Below the pieces are notes generated by a model. That model made no database searches. It saw only the letters and a list, made by a program, of their open reading frames with translations, and had not been told where the DNA came from. From the IMG/VR virus record IMGVR_UViG_3300028610_001208, positions 1 through 51,282 of that record: DNA of 51,282 nucleotides. One strand, given 5' to 3'. A program made the translations under genes and the position numbers. Below, piece after piece: positions 25,530 to 35,563 of this stretch (positions are counted from its first letter, which is position 1; the number at the start of each line of letters is the position of its first letter). Source of the stretch: a virus (lineage: Duplodnaviria; Caudoviricetes).

Positions 25530-26294
25530 TTAGTTGTTGCCCGCGCCACGTCCGATGTTGAAAGCTTGAATGGGGTCAGGCGGCGGCGTCTGGACGATGC
25601 TGTTGACGACGAAATTGAGTTCGTCGGCGGAAAAGCCAGCAAGAAGATCGGCCCTGTTCGCGGAGAGGTCGCCAATGAGCTGGGCGAATCCCAGGTCGAA
25701 CCCGCTCTGAAGCTCTATGCCAGCGAATCCGAGCCTTTCGATTGCTGACGTACGCTGGCCCTCGACCTCCAGTCGCTCGCCGCGCAGTCGCTCTTCGAGT
25801 CGTCCGATTTGGCCCGAGCGCTCCCTGGAGATCCCCTGCGAGACAGTCGGAAGGATGCTTGCCCCGGAGAGTCCGCGTGCCGCCAAGTCGCCTCGCGCAG
25901 TGCTTCGCGCCTGCGTCGCCTGCTCCTCGATGTCCAGCCGCTCCTGGTCTCCGCCCTCCGAGATGATCTGATTGAGCACGTCGAAGCCGCCCAGTGTTTC
26001 ACGCCGAGTGTCCGCAAAGCTGGCAAATGCCGTTTCGCGCGCTTCGGAGAATAGCCGCGTTTGCTCTGCCGCGCCCGCCTCGAATGTTCCACCAACTTCG
26101 ACCCGTTGATCTGCTAGGATGCCGCGCGCCTCGGCCTCACGGGCGTCCGCCTCGGCCTTGAATTCCTCTTGCAGCTCCCTCGCCTCGTCGGCTTGGAAAA
26201 AGGCGAGCACCAAGCCGAGTAGCGACGACCCTGAGACCAGATTTCCTAGCTTGAGGACGTCTTTGAGCCCTTGGAATGCTTGTCCGGCTGGCAT
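25530..26294 (-). CDS. Putative small internal virion/pilot protein
   Basis: Helical, with LAARGLSGAS motif; first of a three-gene ejection-like block. Confidence 0.55.
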   Translation of the reverse strand: MPAGQAFQGLKDVLKLGNLVSGSSLLGLVLAFFQADEARELQEEFKAEADAREAEARGILADQRVEVGGTFEAGAAEQTRLFSEARETAFASFADTRRETLGGFDVLNQIISEGGDQERLDIEEQATQARSTARGDLAARGLSGASILPTVSQGISRERSGQIGRLEERLRGERLEVEGQRTSAIERLGFAGIELQSGFDLGFAQLIGDLSANRADLLAGFSADELNFVVNSIVQTPPPDPIQAFNIGRGAGNN

Positions 26295-26306
26295 CGTTCT
26301 ATCCTT

Positions 26307-26792
26307 TCACGCTCGCTCTACGTGGAATCCAAGTATAGACAGTTTCGGGGCCGGGGTCACCGGAGTAACCGTGGCAGCCACATGGTACGCCCACGCCGCG
26401 ATAAACGGCCCTGATGACGTCAGAACGGACCGAAGGAAGGTCTTCGACACGACCTGGAGGTCGAACCCCTCGAGCGGTGCCACGGCGTCGATCTGGGTCG
26501 CAACGATGCGGGCCCCCTCGGTCACATCGAACAGGCAGACGCCGATCCAGTATTCGTCCGGATCAGACGGCTCTATGTTCCTCAGCGTCGCCTGGATCTT
26601 CAGGCTTGTCGAGCCCCAACTCGTGAGCACGGACTTCGATACCCGATCACCTTGGGCCGGGAAGTAAAACCAGCCGGGGCTGGATGAGGGCGGCACCTCG
26701 CCCGCGATCCCCCCGAAGCTCGGGTAGGAGGCCGGGTGGGCGGGAAAGCCCATCGGCGAACTGTTGCGAACAGTAGATATCGTGATTGCCAT
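26307..26792 (-). CDS. Hypothetical virion-associated protein
   Basis: Beta-rich ORF packed in the tail module. Confidence 0.6.
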   Translation of the reverse strand: MAITISTVRNSSPMGFPAHPASYPSFGGIAGEVPPSSSPGWFYFPAQGDRVSKSVLTSWGSTSLKIQATLRNIEPSDPDEYWIGVCLFDVTEGARIVATQIDAVAPLEGFDLQVVSKTFLRSVLTSSGPFIAAWAYHVAATVTPVTPAPKLSILGFHVERA

Positions 26793-26795
26793 GGC

Positions 26796-27470
26796 TTACC
26801 ACACTACAAATGTGTCATTGTTGGCAGGGGCGAACGGGAAAGCGACCTGCATCGTGAACTGGGCGATCCCGCCGACCGTCGTGTAGGCAGAGATCACGCG
26901 CGACTCCTTGGCGTTGGCGCCGGTCCTGAACGCCAGTGCCCGACCGATCAGGTAGTCGGCGTGGGCCACCACGATATCGTCAGCCTGGAACACCGTCGTA
27001 GTCGGCGTGTGGCCGTTGGTCACCGTGTCGACAGTCCCAGTCTCGATGGTCTCACCGGACGCCTCCAGGTTGTCTGCAACCGTGGCGTCGCCATTGATCG
27101 AGGCAATGTCGACAGTCGGGTTCGTTTCGACCAGCGGGAAGTAGCAGCCGTGAATCAGCATGCCCGTCGCCGTACCGCCGATCACTACGCCGTCGACACC
27201 CGTAGCAAACGCCGCGTCCGGAACGTCGAAACGGTAGTAGCCGTCGTCGATATGCTCGATGCCGCCGTCGCTGTGGGCGTCGGTAAGTGCCGCGAGCGCC
27301 ACCAACGGCGTGATCGAACTCTTGAGCCCGCCCTCGCGCCGATACCACAGCGCCAGCCCGGTCGTCGTGTGCTCGACCGCCTCTTCGGGCAGGAACGTGG
27401 TCGAGTCAACGATCCGGATTACGGCCGAGACGTTCACACTGTCTTTGACTACTGTCCGCTGTTGGAACAT
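26796..27470 (-). CDS. Tail/virion-associated protein
   Basis: Thr-rich, beta-rich; GYYRFDVPDAAFATG; tail-module context. Confidence 0.65.
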   Translation of the reverse strand: MFQQRTVVKDSVNVSAVIRIVDSTTFLPEEAVEHTTTGLALWYRREGGLKSSITPLVALAALTDAHSDGGIEHIDDGYYRFDVPDAAFATGVDGVVIGGTATGMLIHGCYFPLVETNPTVDIASINGDATVADNLEASGETIETGTVDTVTNGHTPTTTVFQADDIVVAHADYLIGRALAFRTGANAKESRVISAYTTVGGIAQFTMQVAFPFAPANNDTFVVW

Positions 27471-27482
27471 GGCTGATTCCCT

Positions 27483-29303
27483 TTAGAGGTCGACTTCCTC
27501 AAAAACCGACACCGAACTGATTGTACCGCCGAAGGTGAGGTCTGTACCGCGAAGGTTTCGGTCCCTGAATCGCAGGGCGAGCCCGTCCTTCAGCAACGGA
27601 GCGTCGCCGCCGACCGACAGGGTGGCCGTATCGTTCCCCATCGCTACGATTTGTACGGCCCGGCACTTTGCGTTCAATGTGTGCGTTCCAGCGCCCGTGA
27701 TCTTGGTCATCACGATCGTTGCGGGGACGACCGCCTGCGAACCTGCCGCCGCGACCTCGTAGGCGCCAATGTCTCCCCCATCCTTCGTTCTTGCGGTCTG
27801 GTCCGGGTCGAGCGGCGCGCTGGGCATCGACGTCATTCTGGTGGCCAGCGACGGATCGCCCGTATCGTTGCACACCGAATCGGTTGTGATCGTGAAATCG
27901 AAGGTCGTCGCAGAGCTGCCGGTGTAATCGGTGAACGGGTTGGCCACGCCGTCTTCGGAGTTGGCGCCGTGCCCGCCAGCCGTGAACTTGGTATACCCGC
28001 CGCATCGCGAGTAGTCCCAGTCGAGAATGCTCGCACCGCCGTCCGACAGTTCAGCTCCGGCCCCGACCCGATCGGTCCAGAAGCAGTTGTTGCCACCCTT
28101 TGCGCTCGTGATGTCACCGGTGCCGTTCGGCGACGTGATTTTCAGAACGACCGGAGACTGCACGCCCCCGAGGTCTCCGGCGGTACACCAATAGATTTCC
28201 AGGTCGCACGTTGACCTCGGCGATCCACCACCAGTATCCTTCCCGACGTCGATGAAGATGAGCGGCATAGTGCCGCCGGCCCAGCCGTCCGTGACGTAGC
28301 CGCGGGCGCCTCGAATAACCAGCCCGGTGGTTGCCGAAACCTCTGCGTTGGCGCCCACGTAGATGCCCTGCGTGTAGTCCCACATCAGGCAGTTGTCGAG
28401 AATGCAATTCGTCGACCCGGTGACAACGTACGCATCACCATGACCCTCGGAGCCGACACGGGTCCGCGCCACATCACCAGCCTCGCAGCGAACACAGGTC
28501 ACATCTACGGCGTCGTGCAACACGAACCCGTCTCCGTCTATGTCGGTGATCACGCAGTCGGTGATCGAGAGGTTCTGCAGCGAAGAGCCGCCGATTCCGC
28601 CGACGCAGCGTACGCACTGCGTGAGAGTCACGTCGCTGATCTCGGAAGCGGCGTCAGTCGTATTGATCTCGATGTGCGTGCCGTTCGCCAAGCGGAAATT
28701 ACTGCAAGCGCTGTTCTTGAGCTTGGTCTCCGCCTTGTTGCCAAGCGCGAGCCCGGCACAATCGTCGAAGTCGATCCCGTCTATCGTAATGAACGAGCGA
28801 GCGGCCAGATTGATGCCGAGTTCGGACGTCGTGTAGAGCTTGCACGTCTGGGTCGACGCCAACGAGAAGTCTCCGGCGATGAGAACCTCGGTATCGCTGT
28901 TCACCGTCTTGATGATGGTCGCATTGTCTTCGGCCGGGAAGTAGAGAGACTGGTTTGCCGTACCCGTGAAGCCGCCACCGACCGCGGTGATCGTCGTTCG
29001 ATCCGTGCCGCTGTCGTAGGCGCCAACGGTAGTCACCGCAATGGTGGCGTTGTGCTGCGGGCTCACGATCGGGTTGGCCCCTGTCCCGTAGGCCCCAAAC
29101 GTGATGGCCTCTGATGTCTGAGTCGGCGACGGACCGCCGGCCATCGTGAGCTGCTCGCCGGCCCAGGTGTCGCCCTTGTTGAGAAGGATCGAACCGCCCA
29201 CAGTAACAACGCCCGGCCCGGCCGCGAGCGTCAGCTTGGGCGCACCACTAGAAAGCCCGTCGTTCACGTCGCTGCCCGCCTTGGAAATAAAGCAATCGGC
29301 CAT
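27483..29303 (-). CDS. Right-handed beta-helix (pectate-lyase-like) spike/depolymerase with a C-terminal ~85-aa module
   Basis: GSDVNDGLS..APKLTL, ILLNKGDTW, ITFGAYGTGANPIV, helix repeats and DIGAYE; GAGG RBS before ATG 29303. Confidence 0.8.
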   Translation of the reverse strand: MADCFISKAGSDVNDGLSSGAPKLTLAAGPGVVTVGGSILLNKGDTWAGEQLTMAGGPSPTQTSEAITFGAYGTGANPIVSPQHNATIAVTTVGAYDSGTDRTTITAVGGGFTGTANQSLYFPAEDNATIIKTVNSDTEVLIAGDFSLASTQTCKLYTTSELGINLAARSFITIDGIDFDDCAGLALGNKAETKLKNSACSNFRLANGTHIEINTTDAASEISDVTLTQCVRCVGGIGGSSLQNLSITDCVITDIDGDGFVLHDAVDVTCVRCEAGDVARTRVGSEGHGDAYVVTGSTNCILDNCLMWDYTQGIYVGANAEVSATTGLVIRGARGYVTDGWAGGTMPLIFIDVGKDTGGGSPRSTCDLEIYWCTAGDLGGVQSPVVLKITSPNGTGDITSAKGGNNCFWTDRVGAGAELSDGGASILDWDYSRCGGYTKFTAGGHGANSEDGVANPFTDYTGSSATTFDFTITTDSVCNDTGDPSLATRMTSMPSAPLDPDQTARTKDGGDIGAYEVAAAGSQAVVPATIVMTKITGAGTHTLNAKCRAVQIVAMGNDTATLSVGGDAPLLKDGLALRFRDRNLRGTDLTFGGTISSVSVFEEVDL

Positions 29304-29304
29304 G

Positions 29305-29568
29305 TCAATTTCCTCGCCACGCTGCAATGAGCGCCGGAATCACGGAAGAGATCACGATGCAAATCAGCGTGCCTGCGACCATGGCGTAGGACTTGGCCGC
29401 CGCACCCTGTTTCTCCAGTTTTCCGATCCGACCCCCGTGCTCTTTGACTTTCATTTCTATTCTCGAATTTACGCCGTCTTGCGCATGCGCCCTCTCTGTA
29501 GACGAGGCATCATGTGCAATCGCCCAACCCGGCAGGTTCTCTGCCGGCGAGATCGTGCCGTTTGACAT
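29305..29568 (-). CDS. Small membrane protein (holin-like candidate)
   Basis: H.GRIGKLE coiled coil followed by one C-terminal TM helix. Confidence 0.55.
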   Translation of the reverse strand: MSNGTISPAENLPGWAIAHDASSTERAHAQDGVNSRIEMKVKEHGGRIGKLEKQGAAAKSYAMVAGTLICIVISSVIPALIAAWRGN

Positions 29569-29631
29569 AGGTACTGCTCCGCTCCCGATAGTAACTACCG
29601 GCCCGCCGAGGCCAGTTTGTATTAACTGCTG

Positions 29632-30864
29632 TCACCCTGCATACATGGTCCTCAAATCAGAGAACGACTCTCCTAACGAAACGCGGCGCGACGTGGCCGC
29701 CTCCGCAAGCTCAATCACGCATATCGTCGCGTGCTCAATGCCGTTGGCCCCCGGTGTACCTCCATTGCGTTTGATGTCCATTGTCCAGGTGTTCGCGTCA
29801 GACGCACCAGCCAGCAAGTCCTCCAGCCGGAACATCCGTAGCGCGTAGTCGTCTCGACCGATGCTGTTGCGTGGAAATACGATCGATTCTAGTAGGGTCG
29901 TTGGGCTGCTGATGCCCTTAACGATTTGACCCGCATTGGTTATGCCCGATCCACTTGACCCGTCAATATGAGCGTCAGCAAATACTAGGTGATTGCCTGC
30001 GTTTGCGAGCGTCGGAGCACCTGTCAATTTTGTGACGTAGGACGTAGAAGTAGTTGTCTGTCGGGCCCGGTTCGTATTCTCAAAGTAGTAGAAGTTCTTG
30101 AACGTGTCGAGGCGCAGGATCGTCAGTCGCGCCCGCTTGATAGATGCGGTCGTCACACCGCCTTGACTGCGGAATTCGATAGCAAACGTGTGAGAAGCCG
30201 CCGTAAGCTGGCCCGCTGTCTCGCCGCTGATGAATCCCACCACGCATGACCATGGCACCCACTCGGACGCACTTGCAGGCTGGTGCCGCATCGTGTTGAA
30301 AATCGTGCCCGAGTCGAAGTTCAGTCGACACTCAATGTCTGTCGACGTGCTTGCGTGGTTGAGTAACGCCTCTCCGATAACGAGATAGTCGCCTGCCGTA
30401 GCTGGCGTGAATGTCCGTGTAGCCTTCACCTGGAACGTCGCCGACGTCGTCGTGCTGGTGCCGAGGGAATTGGTCTCTTGGTCAACCGTACCGACGTCAA
30501 GTAGCTCAAGGCTCAGCGTATGGCTGTGCTTCGCCTTAGCACCTCCCGATGAGCCAACGATAAAATGACTCAGCTTCTCGCTTGCTGCTGGCGATGCGCC
30601 GAAAATGTCCCGCTGACAAGCTGCCATTAGCCGGTAGTCGAGGTTATCGAAGACGTTGCCGCCGTCGCTAAAGGGCACGTCGTCGATCGCACCAAACGGG
30701 TCGGCGGTAGCCCCGCCATTCAGAGACGCGACACCGCACACCCAGTTTATCACGCTCTCATTGGCAGGTGGCGTAAACGTGTGGTTCGCACCCTCAAGCG
30801 CAACGCCGCTTGCCCAAGCCTGCTCGGTGAGATCGGTGTCTGAAGCTGCAAGGCGGGTGGCCAT
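29632..30864 (-). CDS. Tail fibre/receptor-binding-like protein with repeated beta-sandwich units
   Basis: Repeats STTTSATFQVK..TFTPATAGDYLV / QTTTSTSYVTK...TLANAGNHLV; TAATG coupling. Confidence 0.6.
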   Translation of the reverse strand: MATRLAASDTDLTEQAWASGVALEGANHTFTPPANESVINWVCGVASLNGGATADPFGAIDDVPFSDGGNVFDNLDYRLMAACQRDIFGASPAASEKLSHFIVGSSGGAKAKHSHTLSLELLDVGTVDQETNSLGTSTTTSATFQVKATRTFTPATAGDYLVIGEALLNHASTSTDIECRLNFDSGTIFNTMRHQPASASEWVPWSCVVGFISGETAGQLTAASHTFAIEFRSQGGVTTASIKRARLTILRLDTFKNFYYFENTNRARQTTTSTSYVTKLTGAPTLANAGNHLVFADAHIDGSSGSGITNAGQIVKGISSPTTLLESIVFPRNSIGRDDYALRMFRLEDLLAGASDANTWTMDIKRNGGTPGANGIEHATICVIELAEAATSRRVSLGESFSDLRTMYAG

Positions 30865-32507
30865 TAGTCGATCGTTGCCTCCCAGGCGACCCACGCCTTC
30901 GTCGGGCCAGAAGCAACCGCGACGACTACACCCACGAGCCACTGATCCGCCGCAACGGCTCCGGAGGCCGCAAAAGAAGTCGTGGCCTCGCCCGTAGCGT
31001 CGATCAGTAGATCGGGATCTTCCGCAGTACCGCTGTCGATGACATCCGTTCCCGTTACGTCTGGAGTCGTCTTGGCTCGACGTTCAATGTTGAACGTCAT
31101 CGTGCCAGTGTCCGTCACGCCGTGAACCTCTACCATCGTAGCGGCGTAGGGCAGGAAATGTAACGGGAACTCCAGGCCGGCCACCGGGTTTTCGAGATAC
31201 CAAATCTTCGAAATCGTCCGAAGCTCATCGCCGGTCACGTCGGTCAGATCGGCCAACGCCGTCCCGTGCGGATTGGCGCCGTCGTCGAGGTTCAGCGCGC
31301 TATGGTCCGTTACTGCTGAAGCCGCGAACATAGTTTCGAACACGCTCTCGATGCTCGTCGCAGTGCCCGCGGACTTTTGAAAAACGATCCGCCCGATGAG
31401 CTTCCCGTGTGCTACGAGACGGGGCGGCAAGGTGGCCGGCGCCCCTTCGGCTTCCGCCGATGCAAGATTCGAATGCTCGGCCTGCGGATAGAGCATGACC
31501 ATTTCGTCATCCAGCTCGATGTAGAACCACAGGCTTGCGTAACGATTGTTCGTCATCGTCTGAAGCGTGCCGCTGTTGTCGTCCCATTCCGTGTTCGGCC
31601 ACTGACTTTGAGCAGCGACAAGAGTCCATCCACCCGCCCCGTCCCGGTAGTAGGCGTCGAAGGTGTCGGAGCCACTCGTGTCTATGGCAGCGATCGGGAA
31701 TACATTCAGCTTTTCCCAGATCGATCCGGCTGACATGGTAACGTTTCGGGTTCCAGTCTCACCTATGATAAGACCACCCTGACGTCTGTCGCGAGCCAGA
31801 GGCAGTGTTGCGTATAAGCGCAGAATCATCATAGCCGCATGATCGCCGACCGCGTGCTCTTCTCGTTGAATGTGCATGGCTCCGCCGGCTTCGTTAACCA
31901 CGGTGGCCAGCACAAAGTCGGTGAAGAAGTCGAAATCCGAATGGTTCGACTTGACCGCGAATCTTGGGCTGCCAGCGTTGTATTCGATGCCGATGAAACG
32001 GGTCGTTCCCGAAGGAACACTCAGTCCAGTCTCGGCTGCCCAATCAAAGAACAGTAGCTCACTGGTGGCCGTGGCCGCGGAACGTATTGCGCCTGCCCCG
32101 GCGCTGCCGTCCACGGTGTCACTTCCGCCGTCGGTGATCGTGCCACCAGATATCCAGCCGGCGCTATGGAACACGTCCTGGAGGTGCTGGACCGTCGAGA
32201 ACGTGGGATCGTCGATGCGGGCCAAGACTACTTCGGAGCCTTCAATCGTCCTCTCTATGACGGTCCGACCATCGCCGGTAAAGCGCGGATATTTACCGGA
32301 CGTGATGTTGCCGCTGTCGATCACGACCGCCTTGTCGATCGCGTCCTGCTGCGGGGAGCCGATCAGACTCACGGAATGCGTACCGACGCCGATCGGCTCC
32401 TCGTTGCTTCCGAACTGCTCTTGAAACAGCAGTGCGACCTGCTGGAACGTCCTTCGGCATTCGGCGAACGACGTCACCCCGACGTGCAGTTCTCGGGGCT
32501 CAGCCAT
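30864..32507 (-). CDS. Tail fibre/tail-associated protein
   Basis: 547 aa, Gly/Thr-rich, directly after the tail tubular B-like gene. Confidence 0.6.
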   Translation of the reverse strand: MAEPRELHVGVTSFAECRRTFQQVALLFQEQFGSNEEPIGVGTHSVSLIGSPQQDAIDKAVVIDSGNITSGKYPRFTGDGRTVIERTIEGSEVVLARIDDPTFSTVQHLQDVFHSAGWISGGTITDGGSDTVDGSAGAGAIRSAATATSELLFFDWAAETGLSVPSGTTRFIGIEYNAGSPRFAVKSNHSDFDFFTDFVLATVVNEAGGAMHIQREEHAVGDHAAMMILRLYATLPLARDRRQGGLIIGETGTRNVTMSAGSIWEKLNVFPIAAIDTSGSDTFDAYYRDGAGGWTLVAAQSQWPNTEWDDNSGTLQTMTNNRYASLWFYIELDDEMVMLYPQAEHSNLASAEAEGAPATLPPRLVAHGKLIGRIVFQKSAGTATSIESVFETMFAASAVTDHSALNLDDGANPHGTALADLTDVTGDELRTISKIWYLENPVAGLEFPLHFLPYAATMVEVHGVTDTGTMTFNIERRAKTTPDVTGTDVIDSGTAEDPDLLIDATGEATTSFAASGAVAADQWLVGVVVAVASGPTKAWVAWEATID

Positions 32508-35290
32508 TAGAGTCGCCGCCTTCCGCCCCGCTTAACGCGGATGAGCAAGTGCTCCAGCGACCAGGCCGCAGCGTTGTTGCTCGACAGCTTCACGAAGGCG
32601 GCCATGCCCCGTGCCCGCGGTCGAAACCGAGGGTTGTTGCCGGCCGTGAACTGTCCGGTGGCAATCGCCGGGGCCGTGAACGCCGTTTCCGCCCAGTCTC
32701 CGACGTGCAGCGACCAGTCGACCGGCCCGGAACTGAGCGGCAGTACGGCGCCCAACTCGGTGATGACGCCCTCCATGTCTCCGTCGGGTGAGATGTTTAG
32801 CGGGCCGATCCATACGTGCTGATCGAAATCAGCGCCGGTGTCCGAACCGGACGGCGCGTCGCGCCGGAAGCGCCTCAAGAACCCGTCCCGAGAGCCGAGA
32901 ATGACGTCGGAGTCCTCGGCCTTGAACGCTCGATAGCGGTGCGTCATGGTCGGTTGGAATTCGCTGTTACCCAGCCGTGCCGGCCAGAGGGATTCGGTAT
33001 TCAGGTCCACGGCCCACACGGACGACGTCGCTCCGGACAGCGACTTGATGAACAGGTGGAACACGCTGTCGCGATTGTCGTAGACCAGCGCCACCTCGCT
33101 CTTGGCTGAGTCGAACTCGATCAGCTCGCGCGGGAGGCGTCGCTTCGAGAACTGCTGCGGTCGACCCGTCAGGCCCGGCGGCTGCACATACAGGCCTTCT
33201 CGAGAGAGGAATAGCAGCCTGCCGTCCGGATCATGCGCCCATGCCTGCCGGGAGACGATGCCGATGGGCGACAGCTCCTCCATGTAACCGTTCTGGCGCG
33301 GATGACCGATGAGCACGACAATGCTCTCCAGTGAGGCGAAGAACAGGTAGTCTTTCGTGTGCGGGACTACGGCGGTAATCGGGAGTCCGATCGACCCGCG
33401 ATCGAATGTGATGTCGGCCACCGCCGCCGCGACGTCGACCTGGCCGTAGTCGAAGTCGGTCCATACCCCCTGTCTCGACATGAACCACGCATGAGGCGCG
33501 TAAGACGGTCCGGCGAGAACCACGGTGCCCAGCCAGGGCACGAGTATCGGGCATCCGGCCGGAACTAATCCGGCGGTCGCCTTCCAGCGATGGAGCTTCG
33601 ACGTCGCCTGAATCGTGTCGCCGTCCGTCTCGCCCAAATCGACGCCCGGCCGCTGGGGGTCGTACAGCTTCGGCGCTCGCTCGATACGGAAGTTCGCCTG
33701 GTTCGCCGGAATGTCCACGGTCGTCGGCAATCCGCGCGGGTAGTCGGTCAGCGTCATCGTCTGAGGCGACGTACCGGTCAGCGTGAAGCTGTAGCTACCG
33801 TCCTGAGTCTCCGGGTCCGGCGTGTCGAACAGGACGCAAATATGGTCGTTGGCGTCGAGAGCGAACGACGAGAAGTCGATGGCCGTGCCGTTGAATTGGA
33901 TCTCGCTGGACGCCACCTGGCAAGTGCCCTCAGTGATCCGACCGTAGTCCGAAATGTACAACCTTTGGAGCCAGGGCCCCGACGGACAGTCGTGATCGAG
34001 CGCTATGTCGACCGGGCTGTTTACGTCCGTATCCGCCATCACTAACGAGGCGTTCTTGCCAAATATGCGTCCGTTCGCGCCGGCGAGAATCAGGTTCTCG
34101 GCCGTCTCGAAGGTCGTTGACGCGCTACTCCATTGGAGTTTGGTATTCGTGATGTACGATCGGTAGGTGAACCCCTCGATTGCCCCGAGGTTGTTGGTCA
34201 CAGAGAACCCGAATCGCCGTGCGTTCGACGCCAACCCGGGCAGAAAATCCGGAATCGCCAGCGTTCCAACGAGTTCGCCGTGGTAGTTAATCCGCAGTTC
34301 CGCACCGGTCGTCAGGTAGCCGATTGTCGCCGTGAACCAGCCCGGTGCCGCTACTCCGCCCGGCTGCGGATCGGTCACCTCTCCAAAACTGTTCCCGTCG
34401 AATGTCGCCTTCCTCGTAATAACACCCGCGACGCACTCGTCGACGCGAACCTGGAATAATCCAAGAGCGATGATCTTGTCGAACCTTGGATTTCCGAGGT
34501 CGTCGCGCAGGTCGTACGGGTCTTGGACCGTCCCGTACACGCCCTCCGGCTTCACCGATCGGACCAGCGTAATGACGAGACCGGTGAATCGCGGCGAAGT
34601 CTGGGGGAGCTTGTCGTTCTGCGTGAATGGCGTGGTGCCTTCTGCTGCCACGCGCGTCAGTGTAGCATCGTCCGTAATATAGAGGCGCACCGTATCGCAG
34701 TAACTATTGACTCCGTTCGTGTGAAGGAATGGAGCGGTCTTGACTCCGAACACGGTCGTGGCGCTTCCGGCAGTAACCACTATCGGCGGCTGGAACTCTT
34801 CGAGCCAGTATCCGCCGGGACGTCGCGACAAGGGTGCTGGCGCAGTGTTGCTGCCCGGCGGCGAACCCTTGAAGACGCCACCGAGTCCGCCGATTACGTC
34901 TTCGGTGAGGCCCAGCTCGGTATTGAAGAACACGCCCACGTCGGCAGTTTCGTACCGAAAGTAGTGGCCGAAAGACAGGTTGTCTGTGGGCGGATTGGGG
35001 TCGCCGAAGTCGTCCAGGAACTCATTCCGATGCGTCGGAGTCGCGGAGAGCGGAACGACGTTGACCGAATTGAGCAGGCGGATTTCTCGATTGTCTGCCG
35101 ACCCGAGCTGGGTGGTGTCGAATTTCTCGAGCCCGGGGCGAGTGCCGCCTATCATTCGGCCGTCTTCCTGGTCGACGGCGCGCACGTTCATCGCGTCCGG
35201 GGTCGTGAAGGGCCGCTGCTTCTGGAAGCCAAGAGCCCGATCCACGCCGGCCAGCGGAAACTCTACGCGCACCGTGCGACCAGAGGCCAT
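32507..35290 (-). CDS. Tail tubular protein B / stabilisation (nozzle) protein
   Basis: 927 aa; N-terminal FPLAGVD...TPDAMNVR...GGTRPGL; beta-propeller-like repeats; position after the adaptor. Confidence 0.7.
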   Translation of the reverse strand: MASGRTVRVEFPLAGVDRALGFQKQRPFTTPDAMNVRAVDQEDGRMIGGTRPGLEKFDTTQLGSADNREIRLLNSVNVVPLSATPTHRNEFLDDFGDPNPPTDNLSFGHYFRYETADVGVFFNTELGLTEDVIGGLGGVFKGSPPGSNTAPAPLSRRPGGYWLEEFQPPIVVTAGSATTVFGVKTAPFLHTNGVNSYCDTVRLYITDDATLTRVAAEGTTPFTQNDKLPQTSPRFTGLVITLVRSVKPEGVYGTVQDPYDLRDDLGNPRFDKIIALGLFQVRVDECVAGVITRKATFDGNSFGEVTDPQPGGVAAPGWFTATIGYLTTGAELRINYHGELVGTLAIPDFLPGLASNARRFGFSVTNNLGAIEGFTYRSYITNTKLQWSSASTTFETAENLILAGANGRIFGKNASLVMADTDVNSPVDIALDHDCPSGPWLQRLYISDYGRITEGTCQVASSEIQFNGTAIDFSSFALDANDHICVLFDTPDPETQDGSYSFTLTGTSPQTMTLTDYPRGLPTTVDIPANQANFRIERAPKLYDPQRPGVDLGETDGDTIQATSKLHRWKATAGLVPAGCPILVPWLGTVVLAGPSYAPHAWFMSRQGVWTDFDYGQVDVAAAVADITFDRGSIGLPITAVVPHTKDYLFFASLESIVVLIGHPRQNGYMEELSPIGIVSRQAWAHDPDGRLLFLSREGLYVQPPGLTGRPQQFSKRRLPRELIEFDSAKSEVALVYDNRDSVFHLFIKSLSGATSSVWAVDLNTESLWPARLGNSEFQPTMTHRYRAFKAEDSDVILGSRDGFLRRFRRDAPSGSDTGADFDQHVWIGPLNISPDGDMEGVITELGAVLPLSSGPVDWSLHVGDWAETAFTAPAIATGQFTAGNNPRFRPRARGMAAFVKLSSNNAAAWSLEHLLIRVKRGGRRRL

Positions 35291-35311
35291 GATCGTGGAC
35301 TCCCGTCGGTG

Positions 35312-35551
35312 CTAGGTGATGGCCGTCCACGTCGGCGAAGCCTTGGTCCCGGAGTTGTACTTGGGTGTTCCGCCGACGTTGACTCGGGCTCCGGGCGCAA
35401 AACCGTCGGCGGCCACCGGATCGGCCGCGGACCAGCCGAATTGGAATCCGTCGTCAGTGGCGAACAGGGCCATGACGTTTCCGGTCTGTGTCTGGTCCGG
35501 AAGAACGTCTTGCTCCAAGTGGCGTGCCGTGTTACTTGCGTGCGCGGTCAT
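35312..35551 (-). CDS. Small virion-associated protein
   Basis: AAGGAG RBS; GFAPGA..YNSGTKASPTWTAIT. Confidence 0.7.
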   Translation of the reverse strand: MTAHASNTARHLEQDVLPDQTQTGNVMALFATDDGFQFGWSAADPVAADGFAPGARVNVGGTPKYNSGTKASPTWTAIT

Positions 35552-35563
35552 ATCATTTTCTCC

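Noticed and set aside
27483-27732. Diversity-generating retroelement (spike C-terminus as variable repeat, 40415-40957 as template)
   Set aside because: No reverse transcriptase in the genome, nucleotide identity is limited to ~30-nt patches, differences are not adenine-specific, and all copies are intact ORFs; this is protein paralogy
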